A stretch of 64,000 bases of DNA from Mytilus californianus (taxonomy: Eukaryota). The notes under the pieces were generated by a model, which had not been told where the DNA came from, did no database searches, and saw only the letters and a list, made by a program, of their open reading frames with translations. How positions within the stretch are numbered: the first letter of the stretch is position 1; every line of letters begins with the position of its first letter. Below, one piece after another: positions 25,915 through 38,827 of this stretch. The translations under genes and the position numbers were made by a program. The stretch spans positions 31,496,001 to 31,560,000 of the forward strand of contig NW_026262593.1 in NCBI RefSeq assembly GCF_021869535.1. The letters run 5' to 3'.

Positions 25915-26135
25915 ACATTTATGTTTCTAGTAAAATCTATTTGGTGCCATATTTAGTACTTTATATTTCTAGTAAAATCTATTTAGTGCCATATTAAGTA
26001 CTTTATGTTTCTAGTAAAATCCATTTGGTGCCATATTAAGTACTTTATGTTTTAACTAAAATCTATTTGGTGCCATATTAAGTGCTTTATGTTTTAACTA
26101 AAATCTATTTGGTGCCATATTAAGTACTTTTATTT
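25915..26135 (+). repeat. 42-bp minisatellite (aaaatctatttggtgccatattaagtactttatgtttctagt)
   Basis: Monomer starts at 25932, 25974 and 26016; larger arrays at ~29130-29290 and ~29410-29780. Confidence 0.92.
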
Positions 26136-26235
26136 CAAGGATATTAAGATTATTTATTATTACAAATATTAATTAACAAACTGATATGATTGCAAAATCT
26201 GCACCTATCAATTCATAAACCAAAGAACCAATTGA

Positions 26236-26462
26236 TTGATTGATTGGTGTTTAATGCCACTTTCAGAACTATTGCATATTTTGAGGCAGTCAGTTTTATT
26301 GGTGGATAAAGTGGGTGTAGAGAAGAGAGAACCATCAAACATAGGAAGGAAAAGTGACAATCCTAGTCCATTAAATTGGAGTCAAACGCACCTGCTACGT
26401 GCGAATTCAAACTCACAACTGGCTAGTGATACAGAAGTTGGACTACTTAGACCACTCTGCCA
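26236..26462 (-). mobile_element. tRNA-derived SINE (V-domain-like), reverse
   Basis: Reverse complement reads gtggcagagtggtctaagtag..atcactagcc..gtgagtttgaattc..ccaccaataaaactgactgcc..aagtggcattaaacaccaatcaatcaa. Confidence 0.6.
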
Positions 26463-27639
26463 CTTGTATTTTACATTTAAAGTTACATTATGTGAAATTC
26501 ACAGTAAAATAAATAATCACCATAATTAGCATAAACTAAAATTATTTTTATTTGAATGGGTCTATGAGAGATTCATTTATGATAATTGTAAAGGCCCTTA
26601 TAACAATACTTCAGGGATTGCTGGAGTAATTTAATGAGATTGGCATGTTTCAATTTCTAGGGCACCTTCATCAGGATAAGAACTACAGATGAGTACAAAA
26701 TGGTGAAGTGATCATTTGCACTTCACAATGTCAATCGGGGGAATAATTAAAAATAGAAAATGAAAGCAGGTATAAAAGTAAACTTTAAAAAGAATGTTAA
26801 ATAAGATTTGTTGAATAGTGTTTAATAAAATTTTGCAGAGGAACATGCTTCCAATTGGCTTCCACTCAGAGTTACAGGCTTCTAATTGGCTTCGCTCAGC
26901 CAGAGGTACTGCTTCCAATTGGCTTCAGCAGACAGAAATATATATGTACTGTTCCAATCGGCTTCGCAACGACAGAGGGTACATGCTTCCAATTAGCTTC
27001 ACAAAGAGGTACATGCTTCCAATTGGCTTCGCTTAGACAAGCGTACTTCTCCCACTGTTGAAATGGTACGGAATTGCAAGTCTGTACTACTTCCAGTGTA
27101 GGAAATGGTACATAATTGCAAGTCAAGTGTCGTCCAAATTTGAAAAACATATTTTATTTAACATTCTTGATCCAGTTGACTTTCACATCTACTTTCACTC
27201 CCTATTTATAATTTCTCCTGATGATGACATTGTGAAATGCAAATTATCACTTCAGAATTTTGTACTCTTCTGTAGTTTTAATCCTATGAAGGTGCCACAT
27301 GAACCAAAATATGTCTATCTTATTAAATCACTGCAGCAATCCCTAAAGTCTTGTTGTTATAAAACATTCAATTCTGTGTTTTAACGTAACCCAACCCTGC
27401 ATATATACATGATCGACGCATCACCTTTTGAGATTATATCGTATTTGAGTTTTAGATGGAAGATGAATATGGACAAATAAACAGACATTATCCTTTTTAA
27501 CATATCATTACAAATTAAACAAAGAAAAATCGTATACACTGGAAATCTATTTGGAATAGCAAATTGTGCCTATATATATATGAACTATCATTTCAATCTC
27601 TGCAAAAAAAAATTTCTCAAGATTTGCGATTTTTTAACA

Positions 27640-28738
27640 AACAAGAGTGCACACGCTGAAATATCTCGCCTTCTTTACTAATCATTGATATTATGTTGAT
27701 AGTCCTAAATATAAAGCTTTATTACAACTGTCACATAAACTTAACATTAACCAAGTAAACTAAACATTGATCAATGAACCATGAAAATGAGGTCAAGGTC
27801 AGATGAACCATGCTAGGCAGGCATGTACAGCTAACAATTCTTCAATACAACAAATAAAGTTGACCTATTGCTTATAGTTTAAGGAAAACAGACCAAAACA
27901 CAAAAACTTAACACTGAGCAATGAACCTTGAAAATGAGGTCAAGGTAAAAAATAACTTGCGTGACTGACAAATAGATCATAAAATATTTCCATACACCAA
28001 ATATAGTTGAACTATTCCATATAGTATTAGAAAAAAGACCAAAAACTCAAAAACTTAACTTTGACCACTGAACCATGAAAATGAGGTCAAGGTCAGATGA
28101 CACCTGCCAGCTAGACATGTACACCTTACAATCATTCCATACACCAAATATAGTAGACCTATTGCATACAGTATAAGAAAAACAAACCAAAACACAAAAA
28201 CTTAACTATAACCACTGAACCATGAAAATGAGGTCAAGATCAGATGACACCTGCCAGTTGGACATGTACACCTTACAGTCCTTCCATACACCGAATATAC
28301 TAGACCTATTGCTTATAGTATCTGAGATATGGACTTGACCACCAAAACTCAACCTTGTTCACTGATCCATGAAATGAGGTCGAGGTCAAAAGAAAACTGT
28401 CTGAAGGGCATGAGGACCTTGCAAGGTACGCACATACCAAATATAGTTATCCTATTACTTATAATAAGAGAGAATTTAACATTACAAAAAATCTTAACTT
28501 TTTTTTCAAGTAGTCACTGAACCATGAAAATGAGGTCAAGGACAATGGACATGTGACTGACGGAAACTTCGTAACATGAGGCATCCATATACAAAGTATG
28601 AAGCATCCAGACCTTCCACCTTCTAAAATATAAAGCTTTTAAGAAGTTAGCTAACGCCGCTGCCGTAGCCGCCGCCGCCGCCGGATCACTATCCCTATGT
28701 CGAGCTTTCTGCGACAAAAGTCGCAGGCTCGACAAAAA
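27640..28738 (+). mobile_element. HINE/pearl-like element with ~7 internal core repeats and (GCC)n
   Basis: acaagagtgcacacgctgaa start; repeated aaccatgaaaatgaggtcaagg; end ctatgtcgagctttctgcgacaaaagtcgcaggctcgacaaaa (hairpin). Inserted in an A-run with no TSD. Confidence 0.8.
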
Positions 28739-29129
28739 CTATGTTTCACTGTTATGGATTATGCCCCTTTTCTTATCCTTACTTTCAAATTGGGATTAAT
28801 CACATTTTAATCTTTGAATAATGGATTAAATATTTGGGGCCACTTTTTTTCATTTTTTTCTTTTTCTTTATTTTTTATTCTATAGCTTACTAGGAAGGAT
28901 CAGAGGGTTGTTCAGAAAAAATACTCAATTTTGACATTTATTATATCAAACCCCCAATTTTGATTGAAATTGAAAACTGTCACAAATATTTTCTTCTTTA
29001 TTTCTTAAAATCCATTTTCAAAGCATATGTAGTTTGTCTTTGAATTGGTTTATAACTCAAAATGTTTAAATGAAAATGGAAACCCTCTTTGTTATTTTTT
29101 GTTACTATTTCATACAAAATGTTTCTAAA

Positions 29130-29780
29130 TAAAATCTATTTGGTGCCATATAAAGTACTTTATGTTTCTATTCAAATCTATTTGGTGTCATATTAAGTAC
29201 TTTGTTTCTAGTAAAATCTATTTGGTGCCATATTAAGTACTTTATGCTTCTAGTCAAATCTATTTGGTGCAATATTAAGTACTTTATGCTTCTAGTCAAA
29301 GCATATGTGATTTGTCTATGAATTGGTTTATAACTCACTACTGTTTAAATGAAAATGGAAACCCTCTTTATTACTTTTTGTAACTATCTCATACAAAATG
29401 TTTCTAAACAAAATCTATTTCGTGCCATATCAAATAATTTATGTTTCTATTCAAATCTATTTGGTGCCATATTAAGTACCTTGTTCCTAAAAAAATCTAT
29501 TTGGTGCCATATTAAGTACTTTATGCTTCTAGTCAAATTTTTCTGGTGCCAAATTAAGCACGTTAAGTACTTTGTTTCTAGTCAAATCTATTTGGTGCCA
29601 TATTAAGTACTTTATGCTTCTAGTCAAATCTTTTTGGTGCAATATTAAGTACTTCATGCTTCTAGTCAAATTTGTCTGGTGCCATATTAAGTACTTTGTT
29701 TCTAGCCAAATCTATTTGGTGCCATATTAAGTACTTTGTTTCCAATAAAATCTATTTCGAGCCATATCAAGTACTTTTAT
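29130..29780 (+). repeat. 42-bp minisatellite arrays
   Basis: Repeated aatctatttggtgccatattaagtac. Confidence 0.9.
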
Positions 29781-29877
29781 TTCAAGGATATTGTGATTAT
29801 TTATTATTACAAATGTTAATTTACAAACTCATATCATTGAAAAATCTGAACTAAGTCTTATGAATTCATAACCCAAG

Positions 29878-30130
29878 AAGATTGATTGAAGGGTGTTTAA
29901 AGCCACTATCAGCACTATTGCCTTCTTTGTGGCAGTCAGGTTTATTGGTGGGTGAAAGGGGAGTGTAGTGAAGACAAAAAATTTGGTAGGAAAACTGACA
30001 ATCCTAGTCAATTAAATTGGAGTTGAACGCACCACCTGCTACGTGCGGAATTCGAACTCACAACCTAAGTGTTAAATTGACACTGGCTAGTGATACAGTT
30101 GTTGGAATACTAAGACCACTCTTCCACCTA
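29878..30130 (-). mobile_element. tRNA-derived SINE (V-domain-like), paralogue of 26236-26462
   Basis: Same layout, with an extra segment in the tRNA head. Confidence 0.6.
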
Positions 30131-32703
30131 AGCCCCTAAAAAGAACAAATGAGTCTATCCCATCGTTTGACAATAAAATAAAAAAAGTGCTTTATTGTAT
30201 TTTACATTTAAAGTTACATTATGTGAAATTCACAGTAAAATAAATAATCACAATAATCTTGATAAACTATTTTTTTTTATTTGGTCTATAAAAGATTTGT
30301 TTATGATAATTGTAAAGCCCTTATAACAATACTTCAGGGATTGCTGGAGTAAGTAAATGAGATTGGCATGTTTTAATTTCTAGGGCACCTTCATCAGGAT
30401 AAGAACTACAGAAGAGTACAAAATGGTGAAGTGATAATTTGCACTTCACAATGTCAACAGGGGGAATAATTATAAATAAAAATTAAAAGTAGGTATAAAA
30501 GTAGACTTTAAAAAGAATGTTAAATAAAATTTGTTTAATAGTGTTAAATAAAGTTTTGCAGAGGTACATGCTTCCAATTGGCTTCCACTCAGAGTTACAT
30601 GCTTCTAATTGGCTTCGCTCAGCCAGAGGTACTGCTTCCAATTGGCTTCAGCAGACAGAAATATATATGTACTGCTTCCAATCGGCTTTGCAACGACAGA
30701 GGGTACATGCTTCCAATTAGCTTCACAAAGAGGTACATGCTTCCAATGGGCTTCGCTCAGACAAACGTACTTCTCCCACTGTTGAAATGGTACGGAATTG
30801 CAAGTCTGTACTACTTCCAGTGTAGGAAATGATACATAATTGCAAGTCAAGTGTCGTCCAAATTAGCAAAAACATATTTTATTTTGAAATGCAAATTATC
30901 ACTTCAGGATTTTATACTATTCTGTAGTTTAAATCCTGATGGAGGTGTCACAGGAACCAAAATATGTCTATCTCATTAAATCACTGCAGCAATCCCTAAA
31001 GTCTTGTTGTTATTAAGTATAGAATTATGTGTTTAAACGTAACCCAACCCTGCATATATACATGATCGAGGACTCCACTTTTGACATTAAATTGTATTGA
31101 AGTTTTGGATGGAAGATGAATATGGACAAATAAACAGACATTTTGCTCTTTAACATATCATTACAAATTAAACAAAGAAACATTTTATTTTGCAGGTTCC
31201 TTTAGCACATATTTTTGTGGGATTTAAATATGTCATTTAAAAAATCAAAAAATTTGCCTTAAAAGACCTGATGAACAAGAAAAATATATAACACACACCA
31301 CATACAGTATTAACTAATATCAAGTTTATTTTTTATTACCTGAAGTAAATTCATGCGAATAATTTCAACAAATGATTGCTTGTCCGAGGGGAGGGAAGAC
31401 TTTTCAAAGAACACTAGCAAAATCCTATTTAAATATTTCGTGGACGGGCAGACTAGAAATTTTGAAGACCCTTGATAACACACACTTAAAAGTTTGTTCT
31501 AAGTTTTTTTTTAAGATCCACAAGTTATGTTTGTTGTCAAGAGCTGTTAATAAACAACGAAGAGTGTGTTATAGTGAATGATATGTCTGACTTCTTTTTC
31601 TAAGTACATTTCATAAATAAAAAACGTTAGTTTGCCTTAATTCTAAAAGAAAATAAAAAATAACTAAAAAAAGAGTTTTATCAATTGTAGTTGCACAAAG
31701 TTTTTATGTAATTATTTTTATTATATTAACATGTAGCCTAAACTTATAAATAAAACTTATGGAATCTGGAGCGAGATGATGTATCAAATTTCTGTTAAAA
31801 GTTTTCAGGACAAAAACATTCAACATCCCAAAATACTGTTGCAGGGGTTGATGCAAATTAATGCTTTCTATGAATATTTTTTTTGGCTTTTATGCTTCTC
31901 TTCAAGATTCAAAAGTATTTTCACCAACCATGTTCACATGTTTTTTTTTTAATTTTCTTTATTTTAAAGTGAACAAATATGTCAAAGCGCAGCATACTAA
32001 AAATTATGCACTTACATTGAACTTTTAAATACCATATAAACAATTAAATTATACCAACTTAAAATTTCTACAATCTCTAATAAAGAATTCTATTTCGTTA
32101 TTGCTAGCAATTACAAATCTAGTTCTATTTCTTTTTTTAATTTCAACTTGATATCAGGCAGTTTGGTTAAAATGGAAAACGTTCACAACTTTATTTATTT
32201 CCCCAAGCTATTTCAGATTTTCTCTTTCCAAAATAAGGTGGAGGTATTTGTATTTGTTAACCTCCCATGAAAAAGAATATGGAAGTCCAAGGCATTTCAG
32301 CTACTTTACAAACAAATGTATCTATCAAAATTTATGTTGTGGCATAAAATACTTTTATTCATGAAGAGGAAAATTCTTTGATTTCAGGAATAATCAAAAT
32401 CACAAATTTTAATAACCAAGTTCATTGATTGCCAAGTAGGAAACAATGAATTCATAAACCCAATAAACAGCTGCGCCATGAGCGCATGATACGCCCGTCG
32501 TCTTGAGGAAAAAAACATAATAAATGTTTTTGGAATAACATAGGGGTTGTACAGGAAGTCATGCTAAGTATATCCTGACTCATTCCTTATTCCTGAGGAA
32601 GTTTATATAAGAGACAGAAAAAAATTTACTCACAACATGTTTTATATGATACCAAATTGAAGCAATAATTCTGAGTAAGGGAGCAAAGAAAATTTTGCAT
32701 GTC

Positions 32704-32945
32704 AATAAAATTGAGAATGGAAATGGGGAATGTGTCAAAGAGACAACAACCCGACCACAGAACAGACAACAGCAGAAGGCCACCAACAGGTCTTCAATGC
32801 AGCGAGAAATTCCAGCACCCGGAGGCGTCCTTCAGCTGGCCCCTAAACAAATATATATACTAGTTCAGTGATAATGAACGCCATACTAAACTCCAAATTG
32901 TACACAAGAAACTAAAATTAAAAATAATACAAGACTAACAAAGGC
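32704..32945 (+). repeat. Dispersed repeat (aataaaattgagaatggaaatggggaatgtgtcaaagagacaacaacccgacc...)
   Basis: Recognised from memory as a very abundant mussel-type interspersed repeat; single copy in this window. Confidence 0.6.
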
Positions 32946-33074
32946 TACATGAATTGAAAATTTCCATAAAACAGAAAGTTGATAAAACAGAGAAACAAAA
33001 ATTGTTACATCATGTTTCAGTGTTCATGGTATAATGTTTCTCTAAAATAAATTCCCTATATTGGTTTTTTCTAA

Positions 33075-33164
33075 GGGCTATTCCATCAATAAATGTATGA
33101 TGGGAGGGTTGCAAGGCAGGTTTTTGTGACCCAACCAGCCATACATTTTTTGCTGGAATAGCCC
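33075..33164. mobile_element. PIF/Harbinger-type mini-MITE
   Basis: TAA|GGGCTATTCCA...TGGAATAGCCC|TGA. Confidence 0.65.
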
Positions 33165-33359
33165 TGAAGGCAATCTTTAATTAATATTAACTGTAGATAT
33201 CAAAGCAAAAATCTGTCAAGTTTCTATGCACAATGTATATAAAAGAATCATCAGTTTATGTACCAAGTATGGTTCCATCACAAGTCAAGTATATATTCAT
33301 ATGCAATTTGCAACAATTATACATTACCTACAATTGAGACACTCTGATTCATAAAATAA

Positions 33360-34110
33360 CTAATTCAAACTGATCCAAATGATTTTGTAGTCAGAATAAT
33401 ATGTTTCCATAGTTCCACATTTGAAGTCCTGATCAATGTTTGTGAAAATAAGATCTATTGTAGAGTTGTTGTCATTTGTTGGTCCTGTAATCACTTGCCT
33501 GTATTTCAATCCACCAACCATTAAATTTCTCAGTTCTTCTTTTTGGGCAGATTGTTTTTGCCAGTCAACATTGAAATCCCAAAGAATAATTGCCTCTGAA
33601 TCTTTCACATATTGATGGTACAGTGACAGCAGCACATGGCAAAGATCTTTCACGTCTGTTTTTGGTGGTTTGTACACAACCAGAATTACAACATTTGGTA
33701 GCAGTTCTGTCTTCACAACAGCCACCTCTATGGTTTTGTAAGTTTTTTTCAAAGGATACTCTTTTACAAAGTCTTCTTTACTGTAAACAGCTAAACCATG
33801 CACTGGTCGAGTAGCTTTACCAGATGAATTTTCCTTTTGTTTGTTGTTCTGGAATGGAAGCCTATTTGTATTATTAGTTACATCAGAAGAATTTTCATCT
33901 TGTCTGTACTGTTGAAAACTTGGCAGACTTGTTTCATTGAAAGAGTCTTTCTTGTGAAATCTTGTTTCTGAGAAGCAAGCAATATTTGTGGCCAAAACAC
34001 TATTGTCAGAACGTATGTCATCAATATGCCTACTCATGGACGATGCATTTAAGAAACATAGCTTCATGTCAGATTGTTCAATCTTGTATAGGAACTGAAG
34101 AGATGGTTGA
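33360..34110 (-). pseudogene. C-terminal apurinic (EEP) endonuclease domain of RepHel
   Basis: FLNASSM..ACFSETR..HGLAVYSK..VVYKPP..WDFNVD (GDFN)..TIDLIFTN..YSDY (SDH). Confidence 0.88.
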
Positions 34111-35600
34111 ACCGGGTTTTCTCTGAGTCGTTCCATTTCTTTCCGGACAGACTTATCTATGCCAATTTTGTCTTCTTGCAAGTTTGCTATATGCAGACCA
34201 TTCAGAGTTTGTACACGGCTGATAGCAACATAGTGAATATGGTCAACCTTTCTTTGGGTTGTTAAATCAACAACAGCTCTCTGCATAGTATCTCCTTGAC
34301 AGCGATGAATTGTTTTGGCATGAGCAGCTCTCAATGGGAACTGATATCTCTGAATCTGCGCTTGGCCTTTTGTGCCTGCACAGAAAGTCTTACCAATAGG
34401 TTCTAAAGGGGTCCATTCTTTTTTGTGACAAGACTTGTAAAATCTTCTGCTGTCCTTACGAAGTTGCTTTCCAATTTCTGGATCATTAAACTGAACCCAA
34501 AGTTTGCCAGAAGCAAAGAATGAGGCATCTGTAAGTTCCACTTTAACCATTTTACAAGAAGCCCCATTTATTAATCCATCAGATGTGTCCAAATTAACTG
34601 TTATTTCATAATGAACACCAACTGATACTTCAAGAATTGTACTGAGCTGTTTTGTTTGATTTTTGCTATTTTTGAATGTCTCCAATATTTTTGTTTTCAT
34701 TGAAGGTGGTGCAGACCCAACAAACTTATCCTTAGCCTTTATGGAGTAAACTAGATTAGGACTTCTGTGAATGATAGTACAGTTGTAGGAATCAACTCGC
34801 TCATTAGTTGTGAAAAGATGAGGAGCATCCCATGGATAATCTTCTGAATCCACAGCTATACCTTGACCTTTAAGTACATCTATATCTTCTGTAGTCTGCT
34901 TTCCTTCACGAACACGATTTAACAGCTTTTTTCTGCTTGTCTCATTATTGTATGAAGTTCAAACATTTTGAAACTTTCAGTCCAAAGATTAGTTGCTAAA
35001 GGTAAATATCCTGTCCTAGGAGATGAGAAAATATAACTATCCATTACAGGTTTGAGTTGAAAGAGGTCACCTACTGCAATGACCGATATGCCACCAAAAA
35101 GTTCTTTCTTCTGAGTTACCTCCACAAGCCGTTGATGAATACAATTAAACATGTTAAAACCTACCATTGAAATCTCATCAATGAAGATTAGTTTTACATC
35201 TCCAATTTGGTTTCTAAGTGTATTGAGTGCACTAGAAGACAGCGGTTTGTTCTGCAGCTTTTGATTTGCAGGGAGTTTCAAGGCACTATGGATTGTATTT
35301 CCTTTGATGTGGTAGGCAGCTTTACCTGTAGGGGCCATAAGTAAAATTTTCTTCAATGCAAATTCCTCTCCTGCTTTTTTGTTGAAGAATTTCAAAGCGA
35401 ACTGATAAAGAGCATTGGTAACATAACTTTTCCCAACACCGGCTCCACCACTAAGGAATCTATAAATTGGCTCTTGTTGTGTTTTGAACAAATGGATAGT
35501 GTCATACACTAACTCTATTTGTTCTTTGTTAAGTCGACGCATGTGTTGTCGAAACTCTTTATCAGGCATATCGTACTGTTTACTGATCTCATCCTCAGCA
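34110..35600 (-). pseudogene. PIF1-family SF1 helicase domain of RepHel
   Basis: GGAGVGKS; APTGKAA; TIHSAL; IDEISMV; GDLFQLKPV; IMRQ; QFPLRAAHAKTIHRCQG; YVAISRV. Confidence 0.95.
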
Positions 35601-36081
35601 TTGAAAGGTGGTAGTCCTAAATCTAAACCTATATCATAGTTTTCTATTCCTTTATCAGGTTGCTTGGAAGAATTAGCAAGGTCTTCTGCATTCTCACTCT
35701 CTGTCTGGGGAGCCAATTTATCCCACATCTCTTCAAGGTGTTCATTTTCATTTAAAAGACGTTGGGCTTCATCAACAGTATCACTAAAAGGTTCGTAAAT
35801 CTTTTGTTGCTCTTCTATCGTATCTTTGAAATGTTGATACGCCTCTGAATATGTAGGAAAGTTACATTTAAATGCATGTTCATCTCTCCATTGATTGTAC
35901 AGCATTAACTTTTCTCTATAATGTTTCTCTGGATCGGTATCGATGTTGAAATGTACAGATCGAATTACTCTTGCTCTTTTCTTTCTTTTGTACGGTCCTG
36001 TTGAAGTATCTTCCACATCCTGTTCATCGTCATTTTCAATGATGTTTGGCTCTGGTAAACATACTTGATTTGCATTTTTTT

Positions 36082-37545
36082 TTACTTGCTTCTGTTAATT
36101 GTTCTGGAAGGTGGCTCATCGTAATATGCTGCAAATTCTGCCAAAGTAACCTTTTCCATTGACTTTGGACGATCACTATATCTAGACAAAATGTTAGTGC
36201 ATTCAACATCGTCATCCTCATCTTTCATTGTGTCTAGAATGGAATTTGGTTTTAGTAATGTTACTCTTTCTTCAGGAGGGCTGGTGTTTAAAAATATAAC
36301 TTGTCTGGATGACTTTTTCATTGGCAGTTGCAAACATATGTAAACCGATTCCTGAGCTGATATCTCAACAGCATTTAGAAATTTGTTTTCAACCATTTTG
36401 ATCTGCTGTTTAATTGTTTGATTGCCATGTCTAACTTCTTCAGTTGCTTTCCTTAACAATTCACTCATTCCACGTTGAGATTTGGTTATGTATGATGCTA
36501 CATAGGTGGCACATGCATATACATCTAGCACAAATTGAACGTCAAGATTAGCTCTCCAGGCACGCAGAACATTAGTGTTATAGCTAGTTATCCTCACTTC
36601 TTTGAAAGAGCGTTTCAGGAAAACTGTTGCGGCCAATAAAGAAGCTCTGATTGCCAGGATGTACTCACTTTCTGTGATTTGTAATCTTTGAAGAAATGTA
36701 TCTATTTCTTCATTGTCAGTTTCAATGCTATCTAATTCCTTTGAAATTTTACTCCAGAGATTTTTGTATTTCAAAATCTCTTCTTTTGAAAAGTCTGCTT
36801 GAGTGAGTGGATGCAAAATTCTTGTAGTTTTTAAAGGTTTCGGATATCCAAATCGACACTTTTTTTTACGTGGTGATTTGCAAGTATGTGTATGCTTGTG
36901 TGTTTGGAATTTTACTAACTCTGAGATTTCACTTTCCTCTTCCGGTTTATGACATGTAATGAATCTATCGATGTATTCACAAACATCCTCATCAGAATCC
37001 TGTCCAAATATAGGAGCATCTTTGCAGTAAACAATCATGTGTACATGGGGGGATCCCCTCTGTTGGTACTCTATACGGTAAAAATAGTCAGTCACATTAC
37101 CTAGAGGATTTCCATCAGAGAGCAGAAACCCATTGATGAACTTCTGAGTTGAAAAATCGTAATGGCGTGCACATGTGACAGGATCACTTTGAATCAATCG
37201 ACATTTTTCTTGCCATGACATATTGTTCAGTTCATCATCGCTATAATCCTTTTTATCAACAATTCTCCCAAGAAGTCTTAACAAGTGTAACCATCTTGTT
37301 TCTGCAGCTGACAAAGTGACAAAAAATGTTGCTGGCCCAAGTTGACGGATAAGCGCAAACAGTTCCTTACTCACTTTCTCGAAATAAGGAGGTGAACCTC
37401 GAATGTTGGCAAGAAATTTGTAAGCTTTGTCCTCATGAACCATATCTAATGCTGCATCTCCTCTTACATCCTTTGCAGTTAATCTATTATCTTTTGTTTT
37501 CACTTTCCTTACTGTCATTTGAGTTTGGTCTATCAAGGTCTTCAT
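36082..37545 (-). pseudogene. HUH Rep domain of RepHel
   Basis: IRGSPPYF; IRQLGPATFFVTLSAAE; DPVTCARH; RIEYQQRGSPHVH (HUH, with the GSPH variant typical of Helentrons); CRFGYP; YACATYVASYITK; EISAQE. Confidence 0.95.
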
Positions 37546-37560
37546 CTGAATTTTCTTTGT

Positions 37561-38700
37561 CTAAAAGAATAAATTTTCAACTGACTGAGCAGCCCTTCTG
37601 TCAACATTTCTTAGTTCGGCCTTCACTATTTCTCCATAAATGATTCTGGTTTGTCGATCCTTATTTGGTGGACGCCTCTTTCCACAAAAGATACTAGGAA
37701 AAGCTAGCTCTTCAGAATCCTCCTGCATAAAAACACTGACAGGAATGTGACCTTCCCCTGGGGTAAAGTTATAAACAATATCTCGTTCTGATGGTTCAAC
37801 AAACCCAGGTGCAGATAGAAGAGTGTCTGCCTCTCCACTCATAAGTTCGCATTCATCAATTTCACTCCACTTGTCATCTTCATCATCACTGGCATCATTA
37901 GAATTTTTCATTTGGTCATTGTTTGATATATCATTTTTCTTAGGGTTTTGATTTAATTGTTCTTGTTCACTAATTACAAGGTATTCCTCAGTGGTATCAT
38001 TCTCCAGAGATGTCCCATTGTACAGGTCTTCCCAATCATTGTTTATCACCACATTGTGTTCTCTGTACAAAGGAGAATGTGATAGAAGTTTAGCAGCTTC
38101 TATTACCAACTGTGGTCTTATATTAAGGCAATACACATGATGTTTGTATTTCAAACGACGTTTTAATGTGGCTTTGATGGTAGCAGTTTCAGTTGTTAGC
38201 CTTGGTAGTTGTGTAACAGTCTGACAAACATTAGCTGGAACCAGAACCATGTTCCCTTGAATAAACTTTTGCCAACCTCTTGGTTCTTCGTGGATCTTCA
38301 TAAAAGGCAGTATGACGGAAACAAGAGTTTGCTCCAAAGGGTTTAGATCTTTCAAAATCTCTTGATCTGGAAATGTCATTAGGTTCATCACTGAGGTGGG
38401 CGGAATTTTACCTTTCTTTATGTAAGTCTTGCAAGTGTTGCATATCCAAATTGTATCATTTATACTCTTTATTCGTGGACATTGTAAAATGATGTTTGCT
38501 ACTTTCTCAGAATGTTTATTTGCAAATGTGACTTCAAATCTAGATACACTGTGCTTATACCAAAGTTGTTTACAAGACGTACATGTATATATAGGTCCTC
38601 CAGAAACAGTTCTATGAAAGTCACTGATTAATTCATTAATGTCTTTTGATTTGTTCTTTTTTCTTTGTTTTCTTTTAGCCAACTTTTCTTTCTTAGCTTC
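37561..38700 (-). pseudogene. Cys-rich / DUF6570-like N-proximal region of RepHel
   Basis: GPIYTCTSCKQLWY..WICNTCKTYIKKGKIP..LNPLEQTLV..GNMVLVP..EELAFPSIFCG..RRAA. Confidence 0.8.
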
Positions 38701-38827
38701 TGCACTTCTTTTTTTTTTGCGTAAAGTTTTTCTTCTTAAAGTTTCTCTCCTCTTATAAACACTGTTAAGTCTTTTGAATAAGCGTAACTTCTTTTCCCGA
38801 TTGATTTCTTTTTCTTTGCAAGAAGAA

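Larger units (their letters stand above)
24155..27534 (+). repeat. Tandem duplication unit 1 (~2.6 kb plus a 750-bp MITE insertion)
   Basis: Colinear similarity to 27535-31180: acactggaaatctatttggaatagc start, ggattatgcccc, 42-bp satellite, SINE, CCAATTGG cluster and catatcattacaaattaaacaaagaaa end. Confidence 0.82.
27535..31180 (+). repeat. Tandem duplication unit 2 (~2.6 kb plus a 1.1 kb HINE insertion)
   Basis: Colinear with 24155-27534. Confidence 0.82.

Noticed and set aside
26818-27061. Repeated MLPIGF / KRYMLPIGF as a neuropeptide precursor
   Set aside because: The repeats fall in different frames; there is no signal peptide and no consistent dibasic or amidation sites.
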